Assembly (NCBI GenBank): GCA_964639295.1
Contig: CAZXDT010000002.1
Coordinates: 66,609-130,608, forward strand
DNA: 64,000 nucleotides
Direction: 5' to 3'
From: an uncultured Candidatus Saccharibacteria bacterium
GTDB taxonomy: Bacteria > Patescibacteriota > Saccharimonadia > Saccharimonadales > JALRHH01
Shown here: positions 27,887 through 36,169 of the stretch, in pieces
How positions within the stretch are numbered: position 1 is the stretch's first letter
Layout: each line of letters begins with the position of its first letter
Program-made: the position numbers and the translations under genes
The notes under the pieces: model-generated
What the model saw: only the letters and a program-made list of their open reading frames with translations
Database searches by the model: none
What the model was told of the DNA's origin: nothing

Positions 27887-28341
27887 ACATGAAACTACTA
27901 AAGATAGCTTACGCCTCTGTAACAATGTTATTTCTTGCAGTATGTATTAATACTTTGAGCTCGCAGACAGTTTCTGCTGCTGCCTCACCTACTGGGGCGA
28001 ATGTTGCCGGTTGTGCTGGCCAGGGTATCAAGATAATCCCACCTTGGTACAAATACATAGAGCGATCAGTTGATGATACTGGCCACTGTGGTTTGAACTT
28101 TGACTTTCCGAACGATCTTGGGCTGGTTGCGCTGGCCTTGGTTGAGATTCTACTCCGAATTGCTGCAATTGTGGCCGTAGCTTACATCGTGTATGCCGGA
28201 TTCCTATATATAACGAGTCAGGGTGAGCCGGATAAGGCTAAGAGCGCCCAACAAACCATTACAAATGCGGTGATAGGCTTAATTGTGTCTATATTGGCTA
28301 CTGGTATTGTGGCATTTATTGGTTCGAGGTTGACCTCATGA
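27859..28341 (+). CDS. T4SS pilin-like protein 2
   Basis: Signal peptide. C-terminal hairpin IVAVAYIVYAGFLYITSQGEPDKAKSAQQTITNAVIGLIVSILATGIV. 28-nt overlap with paralogue 1. Confidence 0.7.
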   Translation: MADTRRNILDMKLLKIAYASVTMLFLAVCINTLSSQTVSAAASPTGANVAGCAGQGIKIIPPWYKYIERSVDDTGHCGLNFDFPNDLGLVALALVEILLRIAAIVAVAYIVYAGFLYITSQGEPDKAKSAQQTITNAVIGLIVSILATGIVAFIGSRLTS

Positions 28342-28616
28342 AATACTTATTTGGGCTTGCTGACAAGAATGATTTTGACGTGCCCCAGACACTAGTTACT
28401 ACTAGTACGTCAACCAACATATTCCAGATTGTATTCGCAATTGCTGGCGGCATAGCACTGATCGTCCTTATGTTGGCTGGGTTGAAGTACGTCACCTCTC
28501 AAGGTGATCCGGCAGCCGTTGCTAAAGCCAAGAACACTATTATTTATGCAGCCATCGGTTTAATGGTTGCTGGGCTTGCCTTTACTATCGTAGCGTTCAT
28601 ATTGAGGACGGTGTGA
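28338..28616 (+). CDS. T4SS pilin-like protein 3 (minimal, 92 aa)
   Basis: GGIALIVLMLAGLKYVTSQGDPAAVAKAKNTIIYAAIGLMVAGLAFTIV. ATGA overlap with the upstream gene. No obvious leader. Confidence 0.7.
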   Translation: MKYLFGLADKNDFDVPQTLVTTSTSTNIFQIVFAIAGGIALIVLMLAGLKYVTSQGDPAAVAKAKNTIIYAAIGLMVAGLAFTIVAFILRTV

Positions 28617-29053
28617 TGTTACGGCGCCTCAGATTACTTATAGCCAGCTTTGCCTGTATGGGTATGCTTGTTGTACCCGCTGCTGGTGTATTTGCAGAAG
28701 ATACTTCCACCACCGGCTCCCCTCCCTCTGGTTTCGATTTTTTCAAGCCGTGTGAGACTACTGATCGAAACGCGACAGTATGTACTGACAAGGATCAGGC
28801 TCAAACAGAGACCAACAACAGTATCTACGGCCCCAACGGTATTATTACTAAGATTGCTAACATCGTTGCCATAATTGTGGGTGTTGCAGCGGTTATTGTC
28901 ATTGTTATTGCCGGCATACAATATATGTTATCTACGGGTGACCCCAGTAAGGTCAGTAGAGCCAAAGATGCAATAATCTATGCGGTCATTGGGCTTGTTG
29001 TCGTAGTGCTGGCTCGGACGTTAGTGGTATTCATAATAGGAAAGTTAAAGTAA
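28613..29053 (+). CDS. T4SS pilin-like protein 4
   Basis: Signal peptide. VAAVIVIVIAGIQYMLSTGDPSKVSRAKDAIIYAVIGLVVVVLA. 4-nt overlap with the upstream gene. Confidence 0.7.
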   Translation: MMLRRLRLLIASFACMGMLVVPAAGVFAEDTSTTGSPPSGFDFFKPCETTDRNATVCTDKDQAQTETNNSIYGPNGIITKIANIVAIIVGVAAVIVIVIAGIQYMLSTGDPSKVSRAKDAIIYAVIGLVVVVLARTLVVFIIGKLK

Positions 29054-29055
29054 GA

Positions 29056-29445
29056 ATGAAATTTGTTAAACAATTAATGCTCCTTGCTCTCATGGTGAGT
29101 GCACTCTTCGTCGCTGCTCCTCCAGCAGTAAGCTTTGCGGCCGGTACCTCAAACTATGAAGCGTGCGAGGCAGTAAAAGCAATCAACCCCAACGGCGTTT
29201 GTAATCCTAACGCCTCCAGTCGTCTTAGTAAGATATTGAAAATTGTTCTGCAACTATTAAGTCTGGTTGCAGGAGTAATTGCGGTTATCATGCTAATTGT
29301 TGGGGGGCTCAAGTATATAACCTCCCAAGGTGATGCTGCAGGGGCTGCCAGTGCCCGGAATACGATAATTTACGCGGTTGTTGGGCTTGTTATAGTGGTG
29401 TTTGCTCAGATATTGGTTAAGTTCGTGCTGAGCAAGGCTACATAA
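29056..29445 (+). CDS. T4SS pilin-like protein 5
   Basis: Signal peptide. VIAVIMLIVGGLKYITSQGDAAGAASARNTIIYAVVGLVIVVFAQILVKFVLSKA. Confidence 0.7.
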   Translation: MKFVKQLMLLALMVSALFVAAPPAVSFAAGTSNYEACEAVKAINPNGVCNPNASSRLSKILKIVLQLLSLVAGVIAVIMLIVGGLKYITSQGDAAGAASARNTIIYAVVGLVIVVFAQILVKFVLSKAT

Positions 29446-29511
29446 CCTAAGTCCTTGATGACGCAACAGTGGTATGGTATAAGTAAACAAGAAATAAGAA
29501 AGGTAATCTAA

Positions 29512-29928
29512 ATGATTCAAACTATAAAAAAATATATTACTAACGCGATGCTTGCAGCGCTCTTTTTGGTGCCAGTTCTAACACCAGCAGTAGCACACGC
29601 AGATGACATCCAGAGCGGACTTTGTGCAGGTGTAAACTTGAGTGTGTCTGACTCAGCAACCTGTAACGCTAACGACCAAGCTGCAGAAAGCAAAGTTAAC
29701 GGACTGATCAAGCTTGTTATCAACATCTTCTCACTTGTTGTTGGTGTTGTATCTGTTATCATGATCATCATCGGTGGTCTTAAGTACATCACCTCTTCTG
29801 GTGATTCAAACAATGTTACTAATGCAAAGAACACTATCCTCTACGCCGTAGTCGGTCTAGTAGTAGTTGCCTTGGCACAATTCATTGTGAAGTTTGTACT
29901 CAGTAAAGCTGCAGGCGCTGGCGAATAA
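29512..29928 (+). CDS. T4SS pilin-like protein 6
   Basis: Signal peptide. VVSVIMIIIGGLKYITSSGDSNNVTNAKNTILYAVVGLVVVALAQFIVKFVLSKA. Its C-terminus is closest to paralogue 5. It has its own 66-nt upstream spacer and a strong terminator. Confidence 0.7.
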   Translation: MIQTIKKYITNAMLAALFLVPVLTPAVAHADDIQSGLCAGVNLSVSDSATCNANDQAAESKVNGLIKLVINIFSLVVGVVSVIMIIIGGLKYITSSGDSNNVTNAKNTILYAVVGLVVVALAQFIVKFVLSKAAGAGE

Positions 29929-29947
29929 AGCCTAAGCCCAAGAATTT

Positions 29948-29972
29948 AAAGCCCCTTTCCGGGGCTTTTTTC
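29948..29972 (+). terminator. Intrinsic terminator of the pilin operon
   Basis: AAAGCCCC-TTTCC-GGGGCTTTTTTTC, 20 nt after the stop of pilin 6. Confidence 0.75.
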
Positions 29973-29991
29973 TTGGGTAAAAATATCAGTG

Positions 29992-30022
29992 TAAAAGAAA
30001 AGCTCCTCGTAATGAGGAGCTT
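29992..30022 (-). terminator. Intrinsic terminator of hsp20
   Basis: 9-bp stem AAGCTCCTC/GAGGAGCTT (30000-30022) followed on the minus strand by TTCTTTTAC. 22 nt after the hsp20 stop. Confidence 0.6.
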
Positions 30023-30043
30023 TAAGTATGAATCCAGAATGGA

Positions 30044-30514
30044 TTACATAATCTGGATCTTCTTGACCGTGTCTTGTTTGACCTTAGTGAAGCTAATAGT
30101 CAGAACACCGTCCTTGAGAAGTGCTTCAATCTCATCTTCCTTAACAGGCACAGGGAGTGCGATGCTACGGCTGAATTCGCCCCAGTAACATTCCTGAACG
30201 AAGTAGTTCTCTACATCGTCCTCGTTACCGGCACTCAAAGTACCACGAATACTAAGTGTGTTATCTGCAATGCTGACGTCAAGGTCGTGCTTGTTCACAC
30301 CAGCGGTGCGAGCCTTTACTACCAAGCGCTCACGCGTTTCGTATACATCAACAGCGAGTTGGCCAGGGACTGCATCGTCCTCTTCCCACTCGTCAGCTGG
30401 TGCGACTGTCTGTAGACCAGGGTCGTCAGTCGTTGGCATATCATCCTCACCCAGGAATGCTGCGGTCAATTCATCTTCCATCAGCAGATCTTCATCGCGG
30501 CTACGTCGCGCCAT
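30044..30514 (-). CDS. Small heat-shock protein, Hsp20/alpha-crystallin family
   Basis: Alpha-crystallin domain pattern VDVYETRERLVVKARTAGVNKHDLDVSIADNTLSIRG...GEFSRSIALPVPV...LKDGVLTISFTK. Confidence 0.9.
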   Translation of the reverse strand: MARRSRDEDLLMEDELTAAFLGEDDMPTTDDPGLQTVAPADEWEEDDAVPGQLAVDVYETRERLVVKARTAGVNKHDLDVSIADNTLSIRGTLSAGNEDDVENYFVQECYWGEFSRSIALPVPVKEDEIEALLKDGVLTISFTKVKQDTVKKIQIM

Positions 30515-30695
30515 AGTTGTTACCCTCCAAATATTATTTCAAGATTTTGATTTCTTCGTCCCCTAACAGAGGTCTCGCAGAAGAATATCGTTTGCAATTT
30601 TTGTTACTACTCAGTATAGCTTGGTGTTACCAGAGGTGCAACAGTGAACACTTTATTTACAACACAATATCGACAACACGGGATACTATAGAGAC

Positions 30696-31361
30696 ATGAT
30701 TGATCGACTAATTGGTCTCCTGGCGCCCCATAGCTGTATCGTCTGTGGCACTGAAGGATCATTGCTATGTATGTGGTGCCAGCCAGATGCGTTAGACCAG
30801 GTTCCTGACCGCTGTTATCACTGCCGGGCTGTTAGTCAGGACTCAGCAGTCTGTAAGAAGTGTAAGAGACTCAGTCCGTTGCAACACGTATGGGTGACTA
30901 CGTTATACAAAGATGCGGCTAAAGAGCTTGTATATAGACTCAAGTTTGCACGGTCCAAGGCCGCAGCCACGCTAATTGCAGAATTACTCAATGAATCAGT
31001 CCCCTATCTGCAGCCAGACACACTTGTTACATATGTTCCCACCGCGACAAGTCGTGTGCGCCAGCGTGGCTATGACCAAACACGCCTTGTGGCTCAAGCA
31101 TTTGCCCACCAGAGGGGTCTACGGTGTACTCCCCTACTCATTCGCCACGGACAGGCCCGCCAAGTAGGTTCCGATCGTAAGCACCGCATAGAACAAGCTG
31201 CAGGTAACTACAGTGTGGTTAATGCTAAACGAGCCCAAAAGGCACAAATTTTGCTCATAGATGACATCTTGACCACCGGTGCTACGGTAGAATCAGCAGC
31301 AAGAGTACTTAAAAAAGCCGGTACAAAGGTTATAAACGCCGCAATTTTCGCCCAAAGATAA
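30696..31361 (+). CDS. comFC: ComF-family phosphoribosyltransferase (ComFC-like competence protein)
   Basis: N-terminal double CxxC zinc-finger pattern (CIVCG...CMWC, CYHC...CKKC). PRTase motif ILLIDDILTTGATV. Confidence 0.8.
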   Translation: MIDRLIGLLAPHSCIVCGTEGSLLCMWCQPDALDQVPDRCYHCRAVSQDSAVCKKCKRLSPLQHVWVTTLYKDAAKELVYRLKFARSKAAATLIAELLNESVPYLQPDTLVTYVPTATSRVRQRGYDQTRLVAQAFAHQRGLRCTPLLIRHGQARQVGSDRKHRIEQAAGNYSVVNAKRAQKAQILLIDDILTTGATVESAARVLKKAGTKVINAAIFAQR

Positions 31362-31398
31362 TAAAAAACGACCCATTTGGATCGTTCATATGTAGTTC

Positions 31399-31488
31399 TG
31401 GCGGAAGGGGAGGGATTCGAACCCTCGGTACCGTTGCCGGCACGACAGTTTTCAAGACTGTTTCCTTCAACCACTCGGACACCCTTCC
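31399..31488 (-). tRNA. tRNA-Ser (anticodon UGA), CCA encoded
   Basis: The hand-folded reverse complement gives GGAAGGG acceptor, anticodon loop CT-TGA-AA, a long variable arm, T-loop GGTTCGAATCC and CCCTTCC-G-CCA. Confidence 0.9.
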
Positions 31489-31494
31489 AGAACT

Positions 31495-31587
31495 TGGCGG
31501 AGAGAGAGGGATTCGAACCCTCGCGGGAGATCGCTCCCCCCTAATGATTTAGCAAACCATCCCCTTCAGCCACTTGGGTACCTCTCC
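31495..31587 (-). tRNA. tRNA-Ser (anticodon GCU), CCA encoded
   Basis: Reverse complement: GGAGAGG acceptor, anticodon loop TT-GCT-AA, long variable arm, GGTTCGAATCC T-loop, terminal GCCA. Confidence 0.9.
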
Positions 31588-31716
31588 GTATTTGAATGTA
31601 ATGTCCGTACGCTAACGTAACAGATAGAGATTATAGCAACTAAACCCGTTTACTCAAAGGTGTTTTAGCAACAAGAACGGTTCCATTTTTGAGCAATCCC
31701 CGTTACAATAACGCTT

Positions 31717-32394
31717 ATGCAACCGGGAGAGACCATTACACCTGGAGCCGTGCAACCGCCAGCTCCTGAACCAGAAAAGCAGGATCAGCCTGTCGTTGAT
31801 GGGCAAGCTACGCAACCACAGCCTGCGACACCTCCTGCCGTGGCTACACCTGAGCCAGCTACAGCCTGGCAGTTTAGCCCCGAGGGCGGAGAGCCTTTGC
31901 CTAACAATGACTCCCAAGCTCTGCTGCAACAAACCACTCAGCCAGTTACATGGAACGCTTCTGAGTTCATTGCTCATACTAAGGGGCTATCGTGGTTTGC
32001 GGCGTTGGGTATAGGTCTTTTCGTCTTTACGGCGTTGATTTATTTTATATCACGCGATATTTTTGCATCAGTTATGATCGCTGTTGCTGGCATAACATTT
32101 GGTGTGTTTGCTGCCCGTCCCCCGAGGGTACTTGAGTATTCAGTAGATGCACGTGGCATTAACATTGGTCAGAAGTCCTATACGTACAGCGACTTTAAAT
32201 CGTTCGCAGTTGTTGAAGATGGTCCCTTGCCTGCGGTTATGTTGTTGCCGCTTAAAAGGTTTTTACCCCCAATAACAGTGTTTTACGAACCAAAACAAGA
32301 AGATGCCATACTTAACGTCATAGCAGATTACCTTCCGCATGAGGAAAAGCAGCCAGATGTTGTTGACAGACTTATGAGTCGCATCCGCTTTTAG
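31717..32394 (+). CDS. Hypothetical membrane protein (P/Q-rich N-terminus, two TM helices)
   Basis: Low-complexity N-terminal region. TM helices WFAALGIGLFVFTALIYFI and ASVMIAVAGITFGVFAA. No motif recognised. Confidence 0.5.
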   Translation: MQPGETITPGAVQPPAPEPEKQDQPVVDGQATQPQPATPPAVATPEPATAWQFSPEGGEPLPNNDSQALLQQTTQPVTWNASEFIAHTKGLSWFAALGIGLFVFTALIYFISRDIFASVMIAVAGITFGVFAARPPRVLEYSVDARGINIGQKSYTYSDFKSFAVVEDGPLPAVMLLPLKRFLPPITVFYEPKQEDAILNVIADYLPHEEKQPDVVDRLMSRIRF

Positions 32395-32402
32395 TCAAAC
32401 TT

Positions 32403-32807
32403 CTAGAGTTTCGTGAGTACCTGACGCAAGTCGTCAGTACTTTTCCATGTAAAACACTTGTCGACTAAACGTGGTAAATATGATGATCCCTCAGCTGAGC
32501 TGTGCTCAAAAAGATAGACTGGCTTCCCTTGGCTCATGGCAATGCCGATTTCCATGATCTGTCCGACGCTACGACTAGGCGAAGTAATTATTGCGACTAG
32601 CGCTTCACTCTTCTCGATGTTCATAAAAGCTTCTCGAAAAATGCCCTTTATGTCATCTTGCTCTTGCAACTTGTCTACTATTTCATCAAAACGATTACAG
32701 TATGCCTCGTGGCCATTGGCGTTTAGGGTATCCACCACTAGCTTCATGCGTTTGGTAACAATATCGGGGTCTTCTCCCGTAAAGGCGTATGCGCAGAATA
32801 ATTTCAT
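32403..32807 (-). CDS. Nucleoside 2-deoxyribosyltransferase-like protein (tentative)
   Basis: Flavodoxin-like pattern: the N-terminal strand MKLFCAYAF and ...ALVAIITSPSRSVGQIMEIGIAMSQGKPVYLF resemble the NDT-family E-x-G-x-A core. Confidence 0.4.
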   Translation of the reverse strand: MKLFCAYAFTGEDPDIVTKRMKLVVDTLNANGHEAYCNRFDEIVDKLQEQDDIKGIFREAFMNIEKSEALVAIITSPSRSVGQIMEIGIAMSQGKPVYLFEHSSAEGSSYLPRLVDKCFTWKSTDDLRQVLTKL

Positions 32808-32865
32808 GGGGATATAATAAATTAAAAACAGAGATAATGATACCTCTGTTTAAATATAAGCTACT

Positions 32866-32942
32866 TGGTGCACCCGGCAGGAGTCGAACCTGCGACCTCT
32901 TGTACCGCAAACAAACGCTCTATCCAGCTGAGCTACGGGTGC
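32866..32942 (-). tRNA. tRNA-Arg, anticodon reads GCG in my hand fold; CCA encoded
   Basis: Reverse complement GCACCCG-TA-GCTC-AGCTGGATA-GAGC-G-TTTGT-TTGCGGT-ACAAG-AGGTC-GCAGG-TTCGACT-CCTGC-CGGGTGC-A-CCA. Confidence 0.8.
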
Positions 32943-33044
32943 ATGTCACAAAACCTTGCGAACAGGGGAAATCTTATCATAAATAACAGATAAAAGCCAG
33001 TGTCAGGCGTATTTGTTTCTTAGGTATCATGTACAATAAAGTTT

Positions 33045-33323
33045 ATGACTAAAAAGAAACCAACCTCCAAGGCAAAAACCCAGCCAGTAAAACAACCAGT
33101 ACCTGCTAAAACTCCACGAACACTCACGCTTGTTCTGGCAATCATTGCTTCCGTACTTGCCTCTGCGCTTTTGTACGTACTCTATTTTGTATTCGTTGAG
33201 TACCTAGAAACCGCAAGCCCAGATGCCGTACTGCTATGGCTAGCCATTTTTGTGTTCGTAGTGGTACTTGGTCCCGGCATAGCAGTTGCAGCGATTGTAT
33301 ATCCTCGACTTAAGAAGAAGTAA
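33045..33323 (+). CDS. Small membrane protein
   Basis: Lys-rich N-terminus followed by two hydrophobic helices. 92 aa. Confidence 0.4.
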   Translation: MTKKKPTSKAKTQPVKQPVPAKTPRTLTLVLAIIASVLASALLYVLYFVFVEYLETASPDAVLLWLAIFVFVVVLGPGIAVAAIVYPRLKKK

Positions 33324-33690
33324 GAGCCTTAACTTTTTGACGGCCCTTCCAGATAGATAAAGCATCTTTTATAAGTAGTGGTAGCCCAATTGCCAAAACT
33401 ACAAAAATTAGCGGGTTCCTACTGTACGCCGAACTAATATCAAGATGTAACACGAGCCAGTAAGCTCTGGTCAGCCCAATAGATGGAGCTCGGTCAAACC
33501 CAACGTGCTGCCATATAGATAAATGACCTAGTACATCGTACGGTGTCAGGAATATTGCTGCACTCGCCACAATAAAAAACAAAAGCCTGCCACGAGGGGT
33601 TTGCAGGCTTATTGTTTCACGTAGAACGTGTAGAAACTGTCTAGTGCTGAAGTGGCGCACCCGAGGCGTCCCCGAGCTTACCGGTTGCAA
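33310..33690 (-). CDS. DUF2752-like membrane protein (Cys motif lost)
   Basis: ...[31 protein letters not shown] resembles the CPxCGxTRA...A...NPL pattern. Adjacent to and overlapping a TM2-domain gene, a pairing I recall as common. Confidence 0.45.
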   Translation of the reverse strand: MQPVSSGTPRVRHFSTRQFLHVLRETISLQTPRGRLLFFIVASAAIFLTPYDVLGHLSIWQHVGFDRAPSIGLTRAYWLVLHLDISSAYSRNPLIFVVLAIGLPLLIKDALSIWKGRQKVKALTSS

Positions 33691-33964
33691 TCAGGATAAT
33701 ATCCACAATTGCCCAAATACCACAGCCACCAAGGGTGACGAGCTTCAAGATACCAAGGCCAGTATAGCCAAGGTAGAAGCGGTCAACACCGAGTGAACCG
33801 ACAAAGATCGATAGCAAAATAGCTACTAAGAAGCTTTTTTGTTCTGTTCCGACAGGTGCCGCAGCGCCTGCGCCATACTGTGGTTGTGGAGCTGCTGGCT
33901 GCTGAGGAGCTTGTGGTGCTACTGGAGCTGGTTGTTGTTCTGGTTGCTGTACGTTAGGGTCCAT
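33641..33964 (-). CDS. TM2 domain-containing protein
   Basis: P/Q-rich N-terminus, then [50 protein letters not shown] (TM2 DRF motif). Confidence 0.75.
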   Translation of the reverse strand: MDPNVQQPEQQPAPVAPQAPQQPAAPQPQYGAGAAAPVGTEQKSFLVAILLSIFVGSLGVDRFYLGYTGLGILKLVTLGGCGIWAIVDIILIATGKLGDASGAPLQH

Positions 33965-34005
33965 ATTTTTCCTTTTTATTACCTTAGATAAATAGTATCA
34001 CAAAA

Positions 34006-34890
34006 CTAGTATTCCAAGTCTTTTTGTGATCTAGTTGCATCCAGAAATGCTTGGAGTACTGGAGTTTGTGTCTTACCTCTGAGTTGCGCAATGCATACCG
34101 GCCGCTCTATTCTCAACAGTTCCCCATTATGTACAAGAGCGATAAGGCTCCCGTCTGTAAGGTGAGGATTTACGAGTAGTCGAGGCAGTGCAGCAACCCC
34201 TTTGCCCCTTACAGACAAGTCCAACATGATTGCGGGACTCGTAGAAAAGAGCACGGTTTGTGTCTTAACTCCTTTGGCTTGTAGCGTTTGTTGTATGTGT
34301 CGGTATGTCGTCGAAGGCTTGTCGTAGGATATAAATCGGCTGAGTCTACTACTGTTGAGCTCCACAGTTGCCGTAGTTGCCACCTTTGGGTTACAAACCA
34401 CCACAAGCTCGTCAGTACCTACAGGTTCTACAAGTAATGTTGGGTGTTCTACTCCATCATCTATAGAAAAGATGGCATCAAGACGACGACGTTCAAGTGC
34501 TTCACGCAAGTACCTTGAGTTGTTAACGACTACCGTAACGTCCGCGGCAGCTTCCAACACCTCGAAGGCGGGTGTTGCGCACAATACTGCCGCAACACTG
34601 TCAATCATGCCAATGACAACCGCCGGTCGTTTCTTGGCGATGCGGCTGAGTACTGTCTGCAAGTGGTCAGTAGTACTTTGGTGGTCAAGCGCTGCCTGGT
34701 AGGCCGCCTGTCCTGATTCAGTCAGCTCGAATTTCTTACTACTCCGTATAAGTAGCTCGGCGCCTAGTTCACGCTCCAATTTATCTATAGCAATTGACAG
34801 CGCTGGCTGCGAAATATGCAGTTCTTTTGCGGCTCGTGTAAAGCTACCTATCTCTGTTAAGCGTGCGAACTTCTGCAAACGGTCATCCAT
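34006..34890 (-). CDS. LysR-family transcriptional regulator
   Basis: N-terminal wHTH FTRAAKELHISQPALSIAIDKLERELG. ~290 aa. Divergent from ino1. Confidence 0.9.
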   Translation of the reverse strand: MDDRLQKFARLTEIGSFTRAAKELHISQPALSIAIDKLERELGAELLIRSSKKFELTESGQAAYQAALDHQSTTDHLQTVLSRIAKKRPAVVIGMIDSVAAVLCATPAFEVLEAAADVTVVVNNSRYLREALERRRLDAIFSIDDGVEHPTLLVEPVGTDELVVVCNPKVATTATVELNSSRLSRFISYDKPSTTYRHIQQTLQAKGVKTQTVLFSTSPAIMLDLSVRGKGVAALPRLLVNPHLTDGSLIALVHNGELLRIERPVCIAQLRGKTQTPVLQAFLDATRSQKDLEY

Positions 34891-34978
34891 AACTTAAGAT
34901 TATACTACTATTGAAACTATATATTGGATTTATAACTCCCTCCCCTCTAGTATTAGCTACTGAAGGAGTAACAATATT

Positions 34979-36169
34979 ATGGCCGTTAAGGAATCTATTA
35001 AAGTCGCAATCGTGGGGGTTGGCAACTGCGCCTCTGCTATATACCAAGGCTTGAGTTACTACAAAGAGTCTACTGGTAGCAATATACCAGGTGTTATGTT
35101 TGCTGACATCGGTGGATATCAACTGAAGGATATTGAAGTTGTAGCTGCTTTTGATGTTGATGAGCGCAAGGTTGGTCTACCTATAGGCCAAGCAATATTC
35201 GAGGAACCAAACTGTGCTCGCGTGTTCGCAAAAGACGTGCCCGATGGACCAATTGTACAGATGGGTGAGGTGCTTGATGGTATCTCTGAATATATGCAGC
35301 AGGAACGTGCCGATCGAGGTTTTCGGGCTGCGGATAAAGCCCCTGTTGATGTCGTAAAGGCACTAAAAGACAGCGGCGCGCAGATACTCATTAACTACTT
35401 GCCTGTTGGCTCTCAAAAAGCGACTGAATTCTACATGCAAGCAGCAATCGATGCTGGTGTAGCTGTAGTGAACTGTATCCCAGTGTTTATTGCGAGTGAC
35501 CCAAAGTGGGAGCAGAAGTTTATCGATGCTAAATTGCCAATTATTGGTGATGATATGCGCAGCCAAGTGGGCGCAAGTGTACTATCACAGATGCTCCAGG
35601 AGCTTGCTTTTGACAGGGGTGCTGAGGTTGATTTTCACCAGCAGATCAACATTGGTGGTAACACAGACTTTAATAATATGATGGTCCAGAGTCGCCTTGC
35701 CAGTAAGAAAAAGTCCAAGGAAAACGTCATTCGTGCCCAGAACGACATCCGCGACATACCGCTGGCTAAAGACAGCTTGTTCGCCGGACCGAGTACGTTT
35801 ATTCCGTATTTGGAAGACAACAAAGTTGCTTATCTAAACATCCGCTTACGTGGATTTGGCGATGCGCCTATTACGATTGATGCAAAACTATCTGTTCAAG
35901 ATAGTGAAAACTCTGCCGGAGTCGTTGTAGATGCTATTCGCTACCTGCAGGTAGCCCGCGAAATGGGTATGGTTGGAACAATTAATGGTCCGAGTGCCTT
36001 TACGCAAAAAAGCCCCAAATACCAGATGAAATTCAAAGATGCGATGGCTGAATGTGAAGCGATTGCTAAGCGCGAGGTTACAGTTGTTACTAAACGTGAG
36101 AATGTATTCCACGGAGATAGTGTGGAGACTAAGAAGGCAGCTACCGAAAAAGACTTACTCTTCGTTTAG
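34979..36169 (+). CDS. ino1: myo-Inositol-1-phosphate (inositol-3-phosphate) synthase
   Basis: N-terminus KVAIVGVGNCASAIYQGLSYY closely resembles the actinobacterial Ino1 N-terminus as I recall it. NYLPVGS and the SQVGAS block are present. Confidence 0.85.
   Translation: MAVKESIKVAIVGVGNCASAIYQGLSYYKESTGSNIPGVMFADIGGYQLKDIEVVAAFDVDERKVGLPIGQAIFEEPNCARVFAKDVPDGPIVQMGEVLDGISEYMQQERADRGFRAADKAPVDVVKALKDSGAQILINYLPVGSQKATEFYMQAAIDAGVAVVNCIPVFIASDPKWEQKFIDAKLPIIGDDMRSQVGASVLSQMLQELAFDRGAEVDFHQQINIGGNTDFNNMMVQSRLASKKKSKENVIRAQNDIRDIPLAKDSLFAGPSTFIPYLEDNKVAYLNIRLRGFGDAPITIDAKLSVQDSENSAGVVVDAIRYLQVAREMGMVGTINGPSAFTQKSPKYQMKFKDAMAECEAIAKREVTVVTKRENVFHGDSVETKKAATEKDLLFV

Noticed and set aside
30515-30545. 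A sigma32-like CTTGAAA motif upstream of hsp20.
   Set aside because: It lies only ~25 nt from the start codon and overlaps the ribosome-binding site (GGAGGG). No CCCCAT-type -10 follows.
32821-32850. A hairpin AACAGAG-N10-CTCTGTT considered as the terminator after tRNA-Arg.
   Set aside because: The next minus-strand gene starts only 14 nt beyond it, leaving no room for a promoter. The function is ambiguous, so it is not listed as a feature.
11859-32942. The idea that the T4SS locus is an integrative conjugative element inserted at the nearby tRNA genes.
   Set aside because: I found no integrase, relaxase, VirD4 or direct repeat of a tRNA 3' end. hsp20 and comFC lie between the locus and the tRNAs. 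The hypothesis is unsupported within this window but not formally excluded, because the element could extend beyond it.
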